This document shows, one piece after another, positions 9,252 to 18,864 of a stretch of DNA of 64,000 nucleotides. Location of the stretch: contig CBDCTA010000029.1 of NCBI GenBank assembly GCA_965221955.1, forward strand, positions 256,001 to 320,000. The letters run 5' to 3'. Each line of letters starts with the position of its first letter. Position 1 is the stretch's first letter. The notes beneath the pieces are model-generated. The model saw only the letters and a program-made list of their open reading frames with translations, did no database searches and was not told the origin of the DNA. This DNA is from Gammaproteobacteria bacterium. GTDB lineage: Bacteria > Pseudomonadota > Gammaproteobacteria > UBA4575. A program made the translations under genes and the position numbers.

Positions 9252-11162
9252 TTGAAGAACATTGTCGAATGTAGATTGATCCGCATTGGTGGCATGATAG
9301 TTTTGCTAGCCTGCAATTTCACTCTTGATGTACATGCTGAAGATTCAAATGTAGTCGAGGTTCGGTCCTATAGACTAACTCCGAAACTAAATAACATACC
9401 TGCAAATGTAACTGTAATTGATCGCGATGATATTGAGAATGATGCTGCTCAAAGTGTAGCTGATTTATTAATTAAGTATGGTTTGCGTGTTGAACAAGCC
9501 GCTGGACCGGGAAGTTTAAGCTCTATTTACTTGCGTGGAGCAGACCCAAATTTCACTCTGGTGCTGATTAATGGTGTAAAAGTAAATGATCCAACCAATA
9601 GTCGTGGTGGTTCGTTTGATTTTTCAAGTCTTGAAATAGAAACCATTGAGCGAATTGAAATTATTAGAGGACCTTTATCCTCAACATATGGATCTGATGC
9701 GCTCTCAGGAGTGATTAATGTCATAACAAAAGAACCTGAAGCGAATACGAATGCAACGGCTAGTTTAGTAAAAGGTGAGAATGGGCTTCACGCTGTATCT
9801 TCTACTTTTTCTAAACAAGCAGATCACTTTAATGTTAGTTTCACGGGTTCTTACAATGATTCTGGAACACAAGTTAGCGGTACAGAATTAGAACGTCGTA
9901 GTGGTGATGTAAAAGGAGCTTGGTATTTTACTGATGCCACGCATTTAAAATTTCATAGTCGTTATTACGATAGTGATGGTTCATCATTTCCAGAAGACAG
10001 TGGTGGTTCAGATTTTGCCGTGAACCGAAAAGTTGAAAAACGAGATATATTTGAATCAGTAAGCAACTTCGAACTTTTACACAGACTGAATAAACTTTTA
10101 GAACTCTCCTTTAAAGGCTCATTATTTCACCACGAAGAAGATATCACTTCACCAGGTGTTGCGCCGGGCATACGTGACCCATTTGGGATTCCAATTAATA
10201 GTAGTGATAGTAAGTTTACAAGATACGCATTTACTGCAAGTGGTTTAATTACGCCCACACGTAATGTCACCAGCGTGGTGGGAGTGGATGTTGAAATGGA
10301 AGAAGGGGAAACAAAAGGTTTGTTTGATTTCGGTTTTGCCCAAATGCCAACTGATTTTGATTTAGAGCGCACCATGTATTCCGTTTTTACAGAAATAGAA
10401 GCATTCATAGGGCCAATCTCTTTGCAGTCAGGGTTACGTGTTGATATGCCAGAAAAATTTAGTAATCGTGTGAGTCCAAATATTGGTCTGAATTACCAAC
10501 TTCCAAATTTAAATTCTAATTTACGAATGAATTTGGGCAAAGGTTTTAAATTGCCTAGTTTTTTTGCGCTTGGAAATCCAATTGTTGGCAATACAGAAAT
10601 TAAACCTGAAACTAGCGAAACGTTTGAGTTGGGAATAGACACAAATTTCTTAAATGATAAAGGGCAAGCAAATGTAACGTTCTTTACACAAGAATTCGAA
10701 AATATCGTCGATTTTGATGCAGGACCACCCCCAAGTTTAGTAAATCGAAGTAAAGTCAATGCAAAAGGAGTAGAGCTTGCATTCGCATTTTCTCCTATGA
10801 ATACATTGTCTAGCCGAATGTTTATCAATTATATCGACACAAATATAAAGGGTAGTGAAGAGGCGTTATTAAACCGTCCTGAATGGCAAGGTAGTTTTTC
10901 TTTACATTGGCAAGCAAAAGATAATATAAGTTATAGCGTAAATGCAGTTTATGTAGATGATCTAGAGGATAGTGCTATTCCAACTGGACCTGTCACACTT
11001 GGTGACTACACGCGAGTAGATGTTTCCGCAGTGTGGAATGCATATTCAAACTTAGACTTCGTGTTCGCAGTCGATAACCTATTTGATACAGATTATGAGG
11101 AAACGATAGGCAACACCGCAGCAGGTATTACGGGTAGAGTTCAAATTCGTGGGAAATTATAA
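9252..11162 (+). CDS. TonB-dependent outer-membrane receptor (BtuB-like size)
   Basis: Plug motif IERIEIIRGPLSSTYGSDALSGVINVIT; C-terminal DNLFD. Confidence 0.9.
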   Translation: MKNIVECRLIRIGGMIVLLACNFTLDVHAEDSNVVEVRSYRLTPKLNNIPANVTVIDRDDIENDAAQSVADLLIKYGLRVEQAAGPGSLSSIYLRGADPNFTLVLINGVKVNDPTNSRGGSFDFSSLEIETIERIEIIRGPLSSTYGSDALSGVINVITKEPEANTNATASLVKGENGLHAVSSTFSKQADHFNVSFTGSYNDSGTQVSGTELERRSGDVKGAWYFTDATHLKFHSRYYDSDGSSFPEDSGGSDFAVNRKVEKRDIFESVSNFELLHRLNKLLELSFKGSLFHHEEDITSPGVAPGIRDPFGIPINSSDSKFTRYAFTASGLITPTRNVTSVVGVDVEMEEGETKGLFDFGFAQMPTDFDLERTMYSVFTEIEAFIGPISLQSGLRVDMPEKFSNRVSPNIGLNYQLPNLNSNLRMNLGKGFKLPSFFALGNPIVGNTEIKPETSETFELGIDTNFLNDKGQANVTFFTQEFENIVDFDAGPPPSLVNRSKVNAKGVELAFAFSPMNTLSSRMFINYIDTNIKGSEEALLNRPEWQGSFSLHWQAKDNISYSVNAVYVDDLEDSAIPTGPVTLGDYTRVDVSAVWNAYSNLDFVFAVDNLFDTDYEETIGNTAAGITGRVQIRGKL

Positions 11163-11250
11163 AAAGTCTTAATTTAGGGAAGGTGCTTAGAATTTTATAA
11201 TAGTGAAATAATTCGACTATTTTTAATTCCTTATTATTTAATTAAGCGAG

Positions 11251-12141
11251 TTAATTCTTTACTTTACTGGGTGACTTCCCAATTTCACGTTTGAATGCTT
11301 TTGAAAAAGAAGCTTCGGTAGTGTACCCCGTACGTTGGGCGGCTTCTGCGATGGTAATATTGTCATCACGTAACCAGCGATACGCATTATGCATACGCCA
11401 CCGTTGCACGTAACCAAGTGGCGAAATACTAAGTAACTCTTTAAACCTTTTTGCAAAAGCAGATCGTGACATAAAAGCAATTTCAGCTAATGATTCTACG
11501 CTCCAATCTTTTTCTATATTACTATGGATGGCTTGTAGAACATTTGAAATACGTTGATCTTGAAGTGCTGCGGCTAAACCATCTTTTGAAAATCCTTTAT
11601 CAATATATTCACGAACCAATACCATAAAAATAACTTCTGTTAGGCGGTTCAAAGTTACTTCTGTTCCAGGTAATTCAGATTTAGATTCTGCAATCACCAC
11701 CTCAAGCACGGGTCTTAATTGTTCATCCCATGGCGTCTCGCGGCTATTCACCACAACATAATCAGGCAATAGATCAAACAGCACATTATTATTTACGTGT
11801 TCAAATTCTAAATGTCCACAAACTAAACCCGTGCCATCACTGCGTAAACCTTCTGAAAATGCACGCGAAGGAACAGAATTTAAAGCGATGGTTGTGTGGA
11901 TATCATTAGTGAGCTGATGCTCAGCGTCTCGAGGGAAAAGCACTAAATCGCCCGCCTTTAATAAACCCTCATGTCTTTTACCATGGTTAAGCAATAGTTC
12001 ACATTGCCCATGGGTGACGATATGGAAAGAGGCTTTTGCAGAACCAGAAGTGTCTACGCTCCAATTTCCACAATATTGCCCATTATGGAAAATTCTGGAC
12101 TGGATCCTAAAGGTGTTGAGTAAGTCGCTGAGTATATCCAT
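11251..12141 (-). CDS. AraC-family regulator with a cupin domain (RclR-like)
   Basis: MDILSDLL start, conserved Cys (YCGNW, LVCG), AraC HTH MSRSAFAKRF...FSKAFKR. Confidence 0.9.
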   Translation of the reverse strand: MDILSDLLNTFRIQSRIFHNGQYCGNWSVDTSGSAKASFHIVTHGQCELLLNHGKRHEGLLKAGDLVLFPRDAEHQLTNDIHTTIALNSVPSRAFSEGLRSDGTGLVCGHLEFEHVNNNVLFDLLPDYVVVNSRETPWDEQLRPVLEVVIAESKSELPGTEVTLNRLTEVIFMVLVREYIDKGFSKDGLAAALQDQRISNVLQAIHSNIEKDWSVESLAEIAFMSRSAFAKRFKELLSISPLGYVQRWRMHNAYRWLRDDNITIAEAAQRTGYTTEASFSKAFKREIGKSPSKVKN

Positions 12142-12186
12142 AGCAATTCAATACGATCAGACAAGTACATGAGAGTCCCGCACATT

Positions 12187-12207
12187 CTCGGATTAGGGGT
12201 ATCCGAG
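12187..12207. promoter_or_regulatory. Inverted repeat in the divergent araC/YHS promoter (candidate operator)
   Basis: CTCGGAT-N7-ATCCGAG. Confidence 0.35.
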
Positions 12208-12251
12208 TAATCTTCTCCCACTTTCAAAACACAGTGTATAGGAGAAATAAC

Positions 12252-12704
12252 ATGAAACTAAGTAACTTAATAATTCTTTTGTTGGCTATAGTCGGCCTTA
12301 CAGGTACTGTCCATGCAGCAAGTGATCAGAACAGTGTCCCTGCCGTTCAGGGCTATGATGTCGTGTCTTATCAAACGGCTAAAAAACCTATTCGTGGTAA
12401 TGGGCATTTTACAGCTGTTCACGAGGGGGCTACGTATCTTTTTTCAAGCAAAGAAAATTTGAATACGTTTAAAGCAAATCCTAATCGTTATGCACCTGCT
12501 TATGGCGGTTACTGCGCATATGGTGTTTCTGTAGGTAAAAAATTTGTTGGTGACCCAGAAGTATGGAGAGTGGTAGACAACAGATTATATTTAAATCTCG
12601 ATGCAAACATTCAGGATGAATGGTTCAAAGATGTGCCTGGTCGCATTAAGGCAGCAGATGAAAAATGGGAAGAAATTAAAGATAAAGACCCTGCCTCTCT
12701 TTAA
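12252..12704 (+). CDS. Secreted YHS-domain protein (Cys form)
   Basis: AGGAGA SD before the ATG at 12252; signal peptide; GYDVVSY, YAPAYGGYCAYG and LYLN motifs. Confidence 0.85.
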   Translation: MKLSNLIILLLAIVGLTGTVHAASDQNSVPAVQGYDVVSYQTAKKPIRGNGHFTAVHEGATYLFSSKENLNTFKANPNRYAPAYGGYCAYGVSVGKKFVGDPEVWRVVDNRLYLNLDANIQDEWFKDVPGRIKAADEKWEEIKDKDPASL

Positions 12705-12717
12705 TGCGTATTAATGA

Positions 12718-12748
12718 ATAACGAGTGGCAATAATAGCCACTCGTTAT
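12718..12748. terminator. Stem-loop between the convergent YHS and SDR genes
   Basis: ATAACGAGTGGC-N7-GCCACTCGTTAT perfect 12-bp stem. Confidence 0.6.
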
Positions 12749-12834
12749 AGTAATTTAATAATAAGTGCAATGGCCGAATTAAAAATGGTCTATTCTCAAT
12801 GTTTTTCTAATTGAAAAAGAATATTTATATAAAG

Positions 12835-13545
12835 TTAACTCTTCCCATAAACTGGTACGGCAGCACCCGTTACACCTTTCGCTTGTTCTGAACACAAGTG
12901 CAAAATTTCATTGGCTAAATCCGTGGTAGGTACCCACGTGCTGTAATCGGCATCGGGCATGTCGCTGCGATTTTGTGGGGTGTCAATGGTGCCTGGGAGA
13001 ATACAATTTACATTAATGTTATTCATTTTATGCTCAGCAGCTAAACTTTGGGTGAGCGTAATCACTGCCGCTTTTGAAACACAATACGGTGCCATTTTCG
13101 CTTTGCCTTCCACAGCTGCGCGTGCGGCAACGTTAACAATTTTGCCTTTTCGTTTTTCCAGCATATGCGGAATAACAGCACGGCACATGAGAAATACGCT
13201 TCTAGCATTTAAATTCAGCATGAAGTCCCAATCGGTTACTGGAGTTTCGTGAACTTTCGGGCCCATTTTGAAACCACCCGCAACATTGGCAAGGCAATCT
13301 ATTTGCCCAAAGCGTTCAACGATTGCTGAAACAGAATCGTTTACTGAGTTTACGTCCGTTAAGTCAGTCTCAAATAAGCCTACATTCTTGGCATGCTTCC
13401 AACGTGGGTGGGTAAGCTTAGTAAAGTCGACGTCTACAAGCGCAATATTGGAACCCGCACGAAAGAAAAGTTCTGCTGTTGTGGAACCAAGTGCGCCGGC
13501 TGCTCCTGTAACAACTACGACCTTATTATTGAAGTTGTAATTCAT
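12835..13545 (-). CDS. Short-chain dehydrogenase/reductase
   Basis: TGAAGALG, NVAGG, YCVSK and PGTIDT motifs. Confidence 0.95.
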   Translation of the reverse strand: MNYNFNNKVVVVTGAAGALGSTTAELFFRAGSNIALVDVDFTKLTHPRWKHAKNVGLFETDLTDVNSVNDSVSAIVERFGQIDCLANVAGGFKMGPKVHETPVTDWDFMLNLNARSVFLMCRAVIPHMLEKRKGKIVNVAARAAVEGKAKMAPYCVSKAAVITLTQSLAAEHKMNNINVNCILPGTIDTPQNRSDMPDADYSTWVPTTDLANEILHLCSEQAKGVTGAAVPVYGKS

Positions 13546-13569
13546 TTGAATTCCTCCAAAGAGACACCT

Positions 13570-13622
13570 GGTCGCTCTCGATATCCTATCTTCCGCGACA
13601 CTTGTACATCCATGTACATCGC
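13570..13622 (-). repeat. Twin GGA-loop hairpin module in the SDR leader
   Basis: Minus strand reads GATGTACATGGATGTACAAGTGTCGCGGAAGATAGGATATCGAGAGCGACC, near-identical to 27166-27215. Confidence 0.8.
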
Positions 13623-13756
13623 TGCACCAGTAATAACGACAACTTGGTTCTCAAAGTGGAATCTACTCATAATATAACTACCTCTGATAAGCATTCTATC
13701 AAAGGATGTAAAATTACTAAGATAAAGTTGACTATTGTTTAGTCAATTAAGAATTT

Positions 13757-15107
13757 TTATTTTGATAGGGTATTTGGAAAGTATCCGCTCCATGCAAACC
13801 AGTACGCTACGTGGCCAGGAAGACGAGAGAGTTTTTTATTATCCGGGCCAATGAGTTCATTTTCAGTTAGTTTCCACTCTTGATCGTTCGCTGTTAATTG
13901 TCCATTTTCTAAAAGTTTAAATTGCATGCCTTCAGAACGGTATGCGCGTACGGTTTCACTTTTCTTATCTCCGATTAACACAACAGAGACGATGCCTATT
14001 TTGTCATTGATAACCGTGGGTTTTTTGAAAAGCGAAAGGGGCCAGGCTTTATTGGCACCACTAATTCGTAAGCCAAATACTTTTTCTTTCTTCTTTAGCG
14101 ACTCATCGTTCACACTTGCTGGAAACATGAGTTCTTCACTAAAGAAGTATGCACCATAGGCCGCTCCTGGTGTGTAGTCTCGGTGAAAACCTGTGTCTTC
14201 AGATAATACTTTGGTATCAGGGTGTTGATTTACCCATTCTGCCCAGGTAGTTGTAACGAGTGGTAGCACTTCAAGTTCGATATCACTGGTAGCAAGTTTT
14301 CCTACTACAGGTTGACCATTGAATTGATTCCAGAGTGAATGAGTCTTTTGGTCATACATGAGTTTATTAGAGCGATATAAGAAACCTGAAGAGCCAAAAA
14401 TGATAGGTTTTTCTTCGGCATTGATTTGAGTTTTATACAATATGCCAGAACCACATAACGTGCAGTAAGTAAGTGAGACCGCTACGCCGCCTATGTTGTC
14501 ATTTAACATTTCATGCCAGTCCATAAAGCGATAAGGGTAGGCACGAGTGTCACCGTTTATTGAAATGCCAAACACCAGCTCTTTATCCGTGATGTACTTC
14601 GCTTCATTCGCAGGAATAAGTTTTGGATTAGTTAGTGCAGGGATGCCGTCTTTGCGTACACCACCCCAAGCAATTTCACCTAAACGGATGCGTCGTTCTA
14701 GGTTCGGATAGAAAAATACATCAAATTGCTTGTCGATACGATTGGTAAAGTATTTTAAGAAGAGTTCATCGTTCTCAAAAGGTTCGGTAGGGTTGTCTTG
14801 CATCCAAACCACCCAGTCAAACCAATGTTTACCGAGTTTCTTGTCCAGTAAGTTCTTTTAAGACGTGTTCAGTTTGAGAGGCGTCCTCAGGGAAGTAGCG
14901 TAAGGAGCGAATCAGTACCGGAACAATATCTGTTTTGCCGCGCTTTAGCATCCATTCGCGTGCCGCAGTGCGAATGTCTGTTGCACCAAATAAATCAATG
15001 GCGTATTCGTGAACTTTTTTTTCTTTTGCATAAACGCAAGTACTGCAACTAACGAAGAGGAGTATCAAAAAGTAAGTTAGTCGCAGCATTGCAGTACGAT
15101 TAATCAT
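13757..15107 (-). pseudogene. DUF3179-family protein split by a single-base frameshift near 14838
   Basis: Removing one A from CAA-GAAA-CTC joins ...LTGQE to LGKHWFDWVVWMQDNP; the downstream part has DGIPAL, YCTLCGS and YWFAW. Confidence 0.75.
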
Positions 15108-15123
15108 TAAAGTGCTTTTTAAA

Positions 15124-15876
15124 TTAAGGTTTTGTACCATTCAGTGTCCAATCATATTTTAGATATTTTATTTTATAGTTCCCTGCGCGTAGATCTTCCG
15201 CAATGGTTTTATCGTTTATATATTGTGCGATATATTCTTCAACACTGCCTGAATGTTTAACAAAATCTCTCTCAAACCAATCAAAAATTTTTGAGATGTA
15301 TGCAATTTTTGTCGCAGGGTCAAAATAATTTCTCATCGTGTCATTGATAAAAGCATATGCTGCATCCGTAAGTTGTTTATCTAGCATATCTGCATTAAAA
15401 ACACTTGGTCTTAATTTTGGACATGAGCTGGATGCACAATTTATCGCAAAATGAATTCTTGGCTCATCTAGAGGAATAATGACTTTATGTTCTAGGTCAT
15501 TTAAGCTGATATGCTTGCCCGCTAGTTCATATTTATCATTTTTGAAAAAGCGCTGTCTACTAAAAAAATTACTGGGTGAACCGCCTTCTAATATGCCTTT
15601 TATTACTAAAGCATTGTAAGCATTAATCCAATAGGCGACTTCTTGGATTTTGTTTTCAAAAGTTGGTTCGTTCTTAAGTGATTCTATGTAGATTTGAAAG
15701 CTTGGATTGTCTTTTATCGCTTTATAGTTCACTTCCCCATTGCGCACATTTCCTTTTAGTGCATCATTAAAGGGTTTATTAAATTCGGTATTTGCCCATC
15801 CAAAGTTGGCAAATAATAATAGTGCAAAAGTGATCAACATGATCACTATAATCCCGAAGTTATAGTGCTTCTGCAT
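15124..15876 (-). CDS. DUF547-domain secreted protein
   Basis: AYWINAYNA, EPRIHFAINCASSSCP, ISKIFDWF and YDWTLN motifs. Confidence 0.9.
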   Translation of the reverse strand: MQKHYNFGIIVIMLITFALLLFANFGWANTEFNKPFNDALKGNVRNGEVNYKAIKDNPSFQIYIESLKNEPTFENKIQEVAYWINAYNALVIKGILEGGSPSNFFSRQRFFKNDKYELAGKHISLNDLEHKVIIPLDEPRIHFAINCASSSCPKLRPSVFNADMLDKQLTDAAYAFINDTMRNYFDPATKIAYISKIFDWFERDFVKHSGSVEEYIAQYINDKTIAEDLRAGNYKIKYLKYDWTLNGTKP

Positions 15877-16300
15877 TTTGATACTCCCTATTTTTTTGAT
15901 TTTAGCTAAAGGTTTATTTATCTAATTTCAACTGCATCCAATAATGAGTTGTAGTAATCATCACATTTACCACAATCACCGTTATAGTCGATCCATTCAG
16001 GATATTCTTTACGGATCATTTCACGAAGATATAACTCTGCTACTAAATTTAGGTGTTTGTTTAAGGTTGCTTGTTTTTCAATTGGACTCATGTTCTTTCT
16101 CCATGCGGTAGTGCAGTTGGTTTTATCATTTGCACAACGCGTCTAAGACCCAGCAATATTAGTATTGTCATTATGAATAGTATGCGTACTAAGCTTGCTG
16201 TAATCTTATTTATAAGTTTCATTATGCTTTAGGTCTTAAAGAACGTCCTTGTTCAAGGTGTATTCCCTTATCGTTTTAAGACTTGTCATGTGTATGCCGT

Positions 16301-16534
16301 TTATGAACGACCATCATATGACTGCTTAAGTGAGCTGTTATCAGCTTTCCTTTCTTTTTTACTGTCAACTTTCACATTAAATGTATCCGTTGGTCCTTGT
16401 GCCTTGATCTCAGTAATTTCTACTTTTGTAGGTTTGATGTTGCTTTCATCTACTGAGTCAATACTTAAGCCAGATGCCCAGCTTGTTCCAGTTACAGCCA
16501 AAAGTGCTGCGATTAAGATTGCTTTTGTTTTCAT
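16301..16534 (-). CDS. Small secreted protein
   Basis: AAGGA SD; signal peptide MKTKAILIAALLAVTGTSWA. Confidence 0.75.
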   Translation of the reverse strand: MKTKAILIAALLAVTGTSWASGLSIDSVDESNIKPTKVEITEIKAQGPTDTFNVKVDSKKERKADNSSLKQSYDGRS

Positions 16535-16760
16535 GTCTATTTCCTTTTTTGTAAATTAGTAAATGGTTACGTACTAATAGACACGGTTTGAGAGCGTTCT
16601 ATTGCATCGAAAGGCTTTGATTTTCATGCAAAAAATCAATCGTCACGATGAATTTTTTGCATGTAAGATTTTGTGAACTGCGCCGGTCTTATGTTTTGGC
16701 ACGATATTGTATAGTTTGCAGAATACTGGTTGTTATTAACAATGAATAAAGAACGTACTC

Positions 16761-17240
16761 ATGTTGATAGGTGTTCTTACTAAATGTACTGCTAGACACA
16801 TAGTATTTTTATCTTTTTTTGTGTTTCTCTCTCCGAGCAGTGCGGATGAATTGGAATTGCATATAACTTCTTATCATTTCAATGAAGATAGTGACGATCA
16901 CTTAAATGAATTTAATATTGGCGCTGGATATAACTTCGAATATACATCTAAAATATTTGCAAGCTTCGGGGCATTTAATAATTCTTATGAAAAATTATCA
17001 ATCTATGCAGGCGTGAAGTGGATGCCACTAGAATACAAATTTATCAAAGCAGGTTTAGTAGGTGGCGTTGTTACTGGATACGACGAAGATACGGATGCCA
17101 ATGAAATTCAGCCGATTATTATTCCAGAAATTCAACTACATTATAAACAAGTTTTTATTGCTTCAAGATTTGCGCCAGATTTAGGTGACAACTCATCTTC
17201 AGCTATCACGTTTTCGATTGGGTATAAATTTCAAAATTAA
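16761..17240 (+). CDS. Small outer-membrane beta-barrel protein
   Basis: Signal peptide, SYHF..NEFNIGAG, FNNSY, GVVTGY, terminal IGYKF. Confidence 0.7.
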   Translation: MLIGVLTKCTARHIVFLSFFVFLSPSSADELELHITSYHFNEDSDDHLNEFNIGAGYNFEYTSKIFASFGAFNNSYEKLSIYAGVKWMPLEYKFIKAGLVGGVVTGYDEDTDANEIQPIIIPEIQLHYKQVFIASRFAPDLGDNSSSAITFSIGYKFQN

Positions 17241-17272
17241 AGTTAGTATTCGTAGATACTACTCTAATGTTG

Positions 17273-17399
17273 ATATTTTCGGGATACACCACTTCCCTGG
17301 CAGAAAAGTGCTCGTGCGTTTTAAGGTTATTAATTTAAGTTGAGAAAAATACCGCTCCGACATCCTGTCTCTCGCGGTATACACTACATCCCTGTAGAT
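17273..17399 (-). repeat. GGA-loop hairpin module downstream of the nrdB terminator
   Basis: Minus strand reads CTACAGGGATGTAG, GACAGGATGTC, TTTTCTGCCAGGGAA and GTGTATCCCGAAAATAT; these blocks are shared with 27156-27436. Confidence 0.75.
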
Positions 17400-17428
17400 A
17401 AAAAAAAGGGAGCAGAGGTTGCTCCCTT
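17400..17428 (-). terminator. Rho-independent terminator of nrdAB
   Basis: AAGGGAGCA-acctc-TGCTCCCTTTTTTTT on the minus strand. Confidence 0.85.
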
Positions 17429-17494
17429 AATATAACCACCATAAGTGGTGGCCCCATAACGCCGGTTTCTAAAACATGTTTATCTAGGCTTGAT

Positions 17495-18832
17495 CTACCA
17501 AGTTAAGGCGCCGCCTGTTTGATATTCGGTAACACGTGTTTCAAAGAAGTTCTTTTCTTTCTTGAGGTCTAAAATTTCAGACATCCAAGGGAAAGGGTTG
17601 TTAACGCTTTCATATTGTTGTGGTAAACCAATTTGTGAGAAGCGCCGGTTGGCAATGAACTTGAGATATTCTTCAAACATTGGCGCGTTTAAGCCAAGAA
17701 TGCCGCGTGGCATAGTGTCGTAGGCATATTGCGTTTCAAGATCTACACCACTCTTAATAAGTTCGATCATTTCTTGTTGAAATGCTTCGGTCCATAAGTG
17801 TGGGTTTTCAAGTTTGATTTGATTGATGACATCAATACCAAAGTTCATGTGCATGGATTCATCACGCAGAATGTATTGAAACTGTTCTGCAACACCAGTC
17901 ATTTTGTTACGACGGCCCATGGAAAGAATTTGCACAAAGCCTACATAGAAGAAGATGCCTTCAAACACGACATAGAATGCAATCAGGTCCCGAAGTAAAC
18001 GCTGATCGTCTTCTAATGTGCCGGTGTGGAAGTCTGGATCTCCTAAACTGTTGGTATAAGGTAATGCCCACTCGGCTTTTTTAGCTACTGAAGGTACTTC
18101 ACGGTACATATTGAATACCTCACCTTCATCTAAACCCAAAGATTGAATGCAATATTGATAGGCATGCGTATGTACAGCTTCTTCGAAAGCTTGGCGCAAT
18201 AAATACTGCCTGCATTCTGGGTTCGTAATGTGTTTGTAAACAGCTAACACTAAGTTATTTGCAACCAATGAGTCTGCAGTAGAAAAGAAACCTAGGTTGC
18301 GTTTAATTACTGTGCGTTCATCTTCGGTTAAACCTTCTGGGTTTTTCCACAGTGCAATATCTGCATTCATATTGATTTCTTGTGGCATCCAGTGGTTGGC
18401 GCAACCGTCTAAATATTTTTGCCAGGCCCATTCATATTTAAAAGGTACGAGTTGATTTAAGTCTGCACGGCAGTTGATGATTTTTTTATCATCTACTTGA
18501 ATGCGGCTTGCACCCATTTCGATGCTTTCTAAACCAGTCGCACCTTCGTGTCTTTTTTCGGTCTCCGTTTTAGCTTGAATCTGTTCTTGCGCTTGTTCTG
18601 CTTCAACTTCAGCTCTTAGCTTGTTGAGTGCTTCAGTTGCTTCAACGATTGCGGTGCTGCTAGGGTTTGCAACCACTTCATCGAAGCTGCGAGATTTTTG
18701 CGCATGTGTTTCTATATGTGCGGGCGCGGCACTTTCAGTATCTGGCCACTTCTGTTTCAGTAAATACATGCCGGTGCTGGCGGCACTGGTCATAGTGCGC
18801 GCATCGGCAATCGGATCTTCCCAGCTTTGCAT
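17495..18832 (-). CDS. nrdB: Ribonucleotide reductase class Ia beta subunit
   Basis: [22 protein letters not shown] and [11 protein letters not shown] motifs. Confidence 0.97.
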   Translation of the reverse strand: MQSWEDPIADARTMTSAASTGMYLLKQKWPDTESAAPAHIETHAQKSRSFDEVVANPSSTAIVEATEALNKLRAEVEAEQAQEQIQAKTETEKRHEGATGLESIEMGASRIQVDDKKIINCRADLNQLVPFKYEWAWQKYLDGCANHWMPQEINMNADIALWKNPEGLTEDERTVIKRNLGFFSTADSLVANNLVLAVYKHITNPECRQYLLRQAFEEAVHTHAYQYCIQSLGLDEGEVFNMYREVPSVAKKAEWALPYTNSLGDPDFHTGTLEDDQRLLRDLIAFYVVFEGIFFYVGFVQILSMGRRNKMTGVAEQFQYILRDESMHMNFGIDVINQIKLENPHLWTEAFQQEMIELIKSGVDLETQYAYDTMPRGILGLNAPMFEEYLKFIANRRFSQIGLPQQYESVNNPFPWMSEILDLKKEKNFFETRVTEYQTGGALTW

Positions 18833-18864
18833 AATCCCTTTCTCCTCTTAATCTTTAGTGCCTG

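Noticed and set aside
12252-15107. Selenocysteine recoding in the YHS or DUF3179 genes
   Set aside because: Both have Cys codons at the motifs; the DUF3179 break is a frameshift to TAA, not an in-frame TGA
16022-16222. 44-aa minus-strand ORF (16088-16222) and an overlapping short ORF, possibly a decayed lipoprotein gene
   Set aside because: No SD or recognisable family; cannot be supported
16697-16712. Sigma54-like TGGCACG...TTGT
   Set aside because: The -12 element is off by one base and lacks GC
18500-18832. Long N-terminal extension of NrdB as a novel domain
   Set aside because: Low-complexity extensions are usual in this NrdB subgroup; no ATP-cone or glutaredoxin motif is visible
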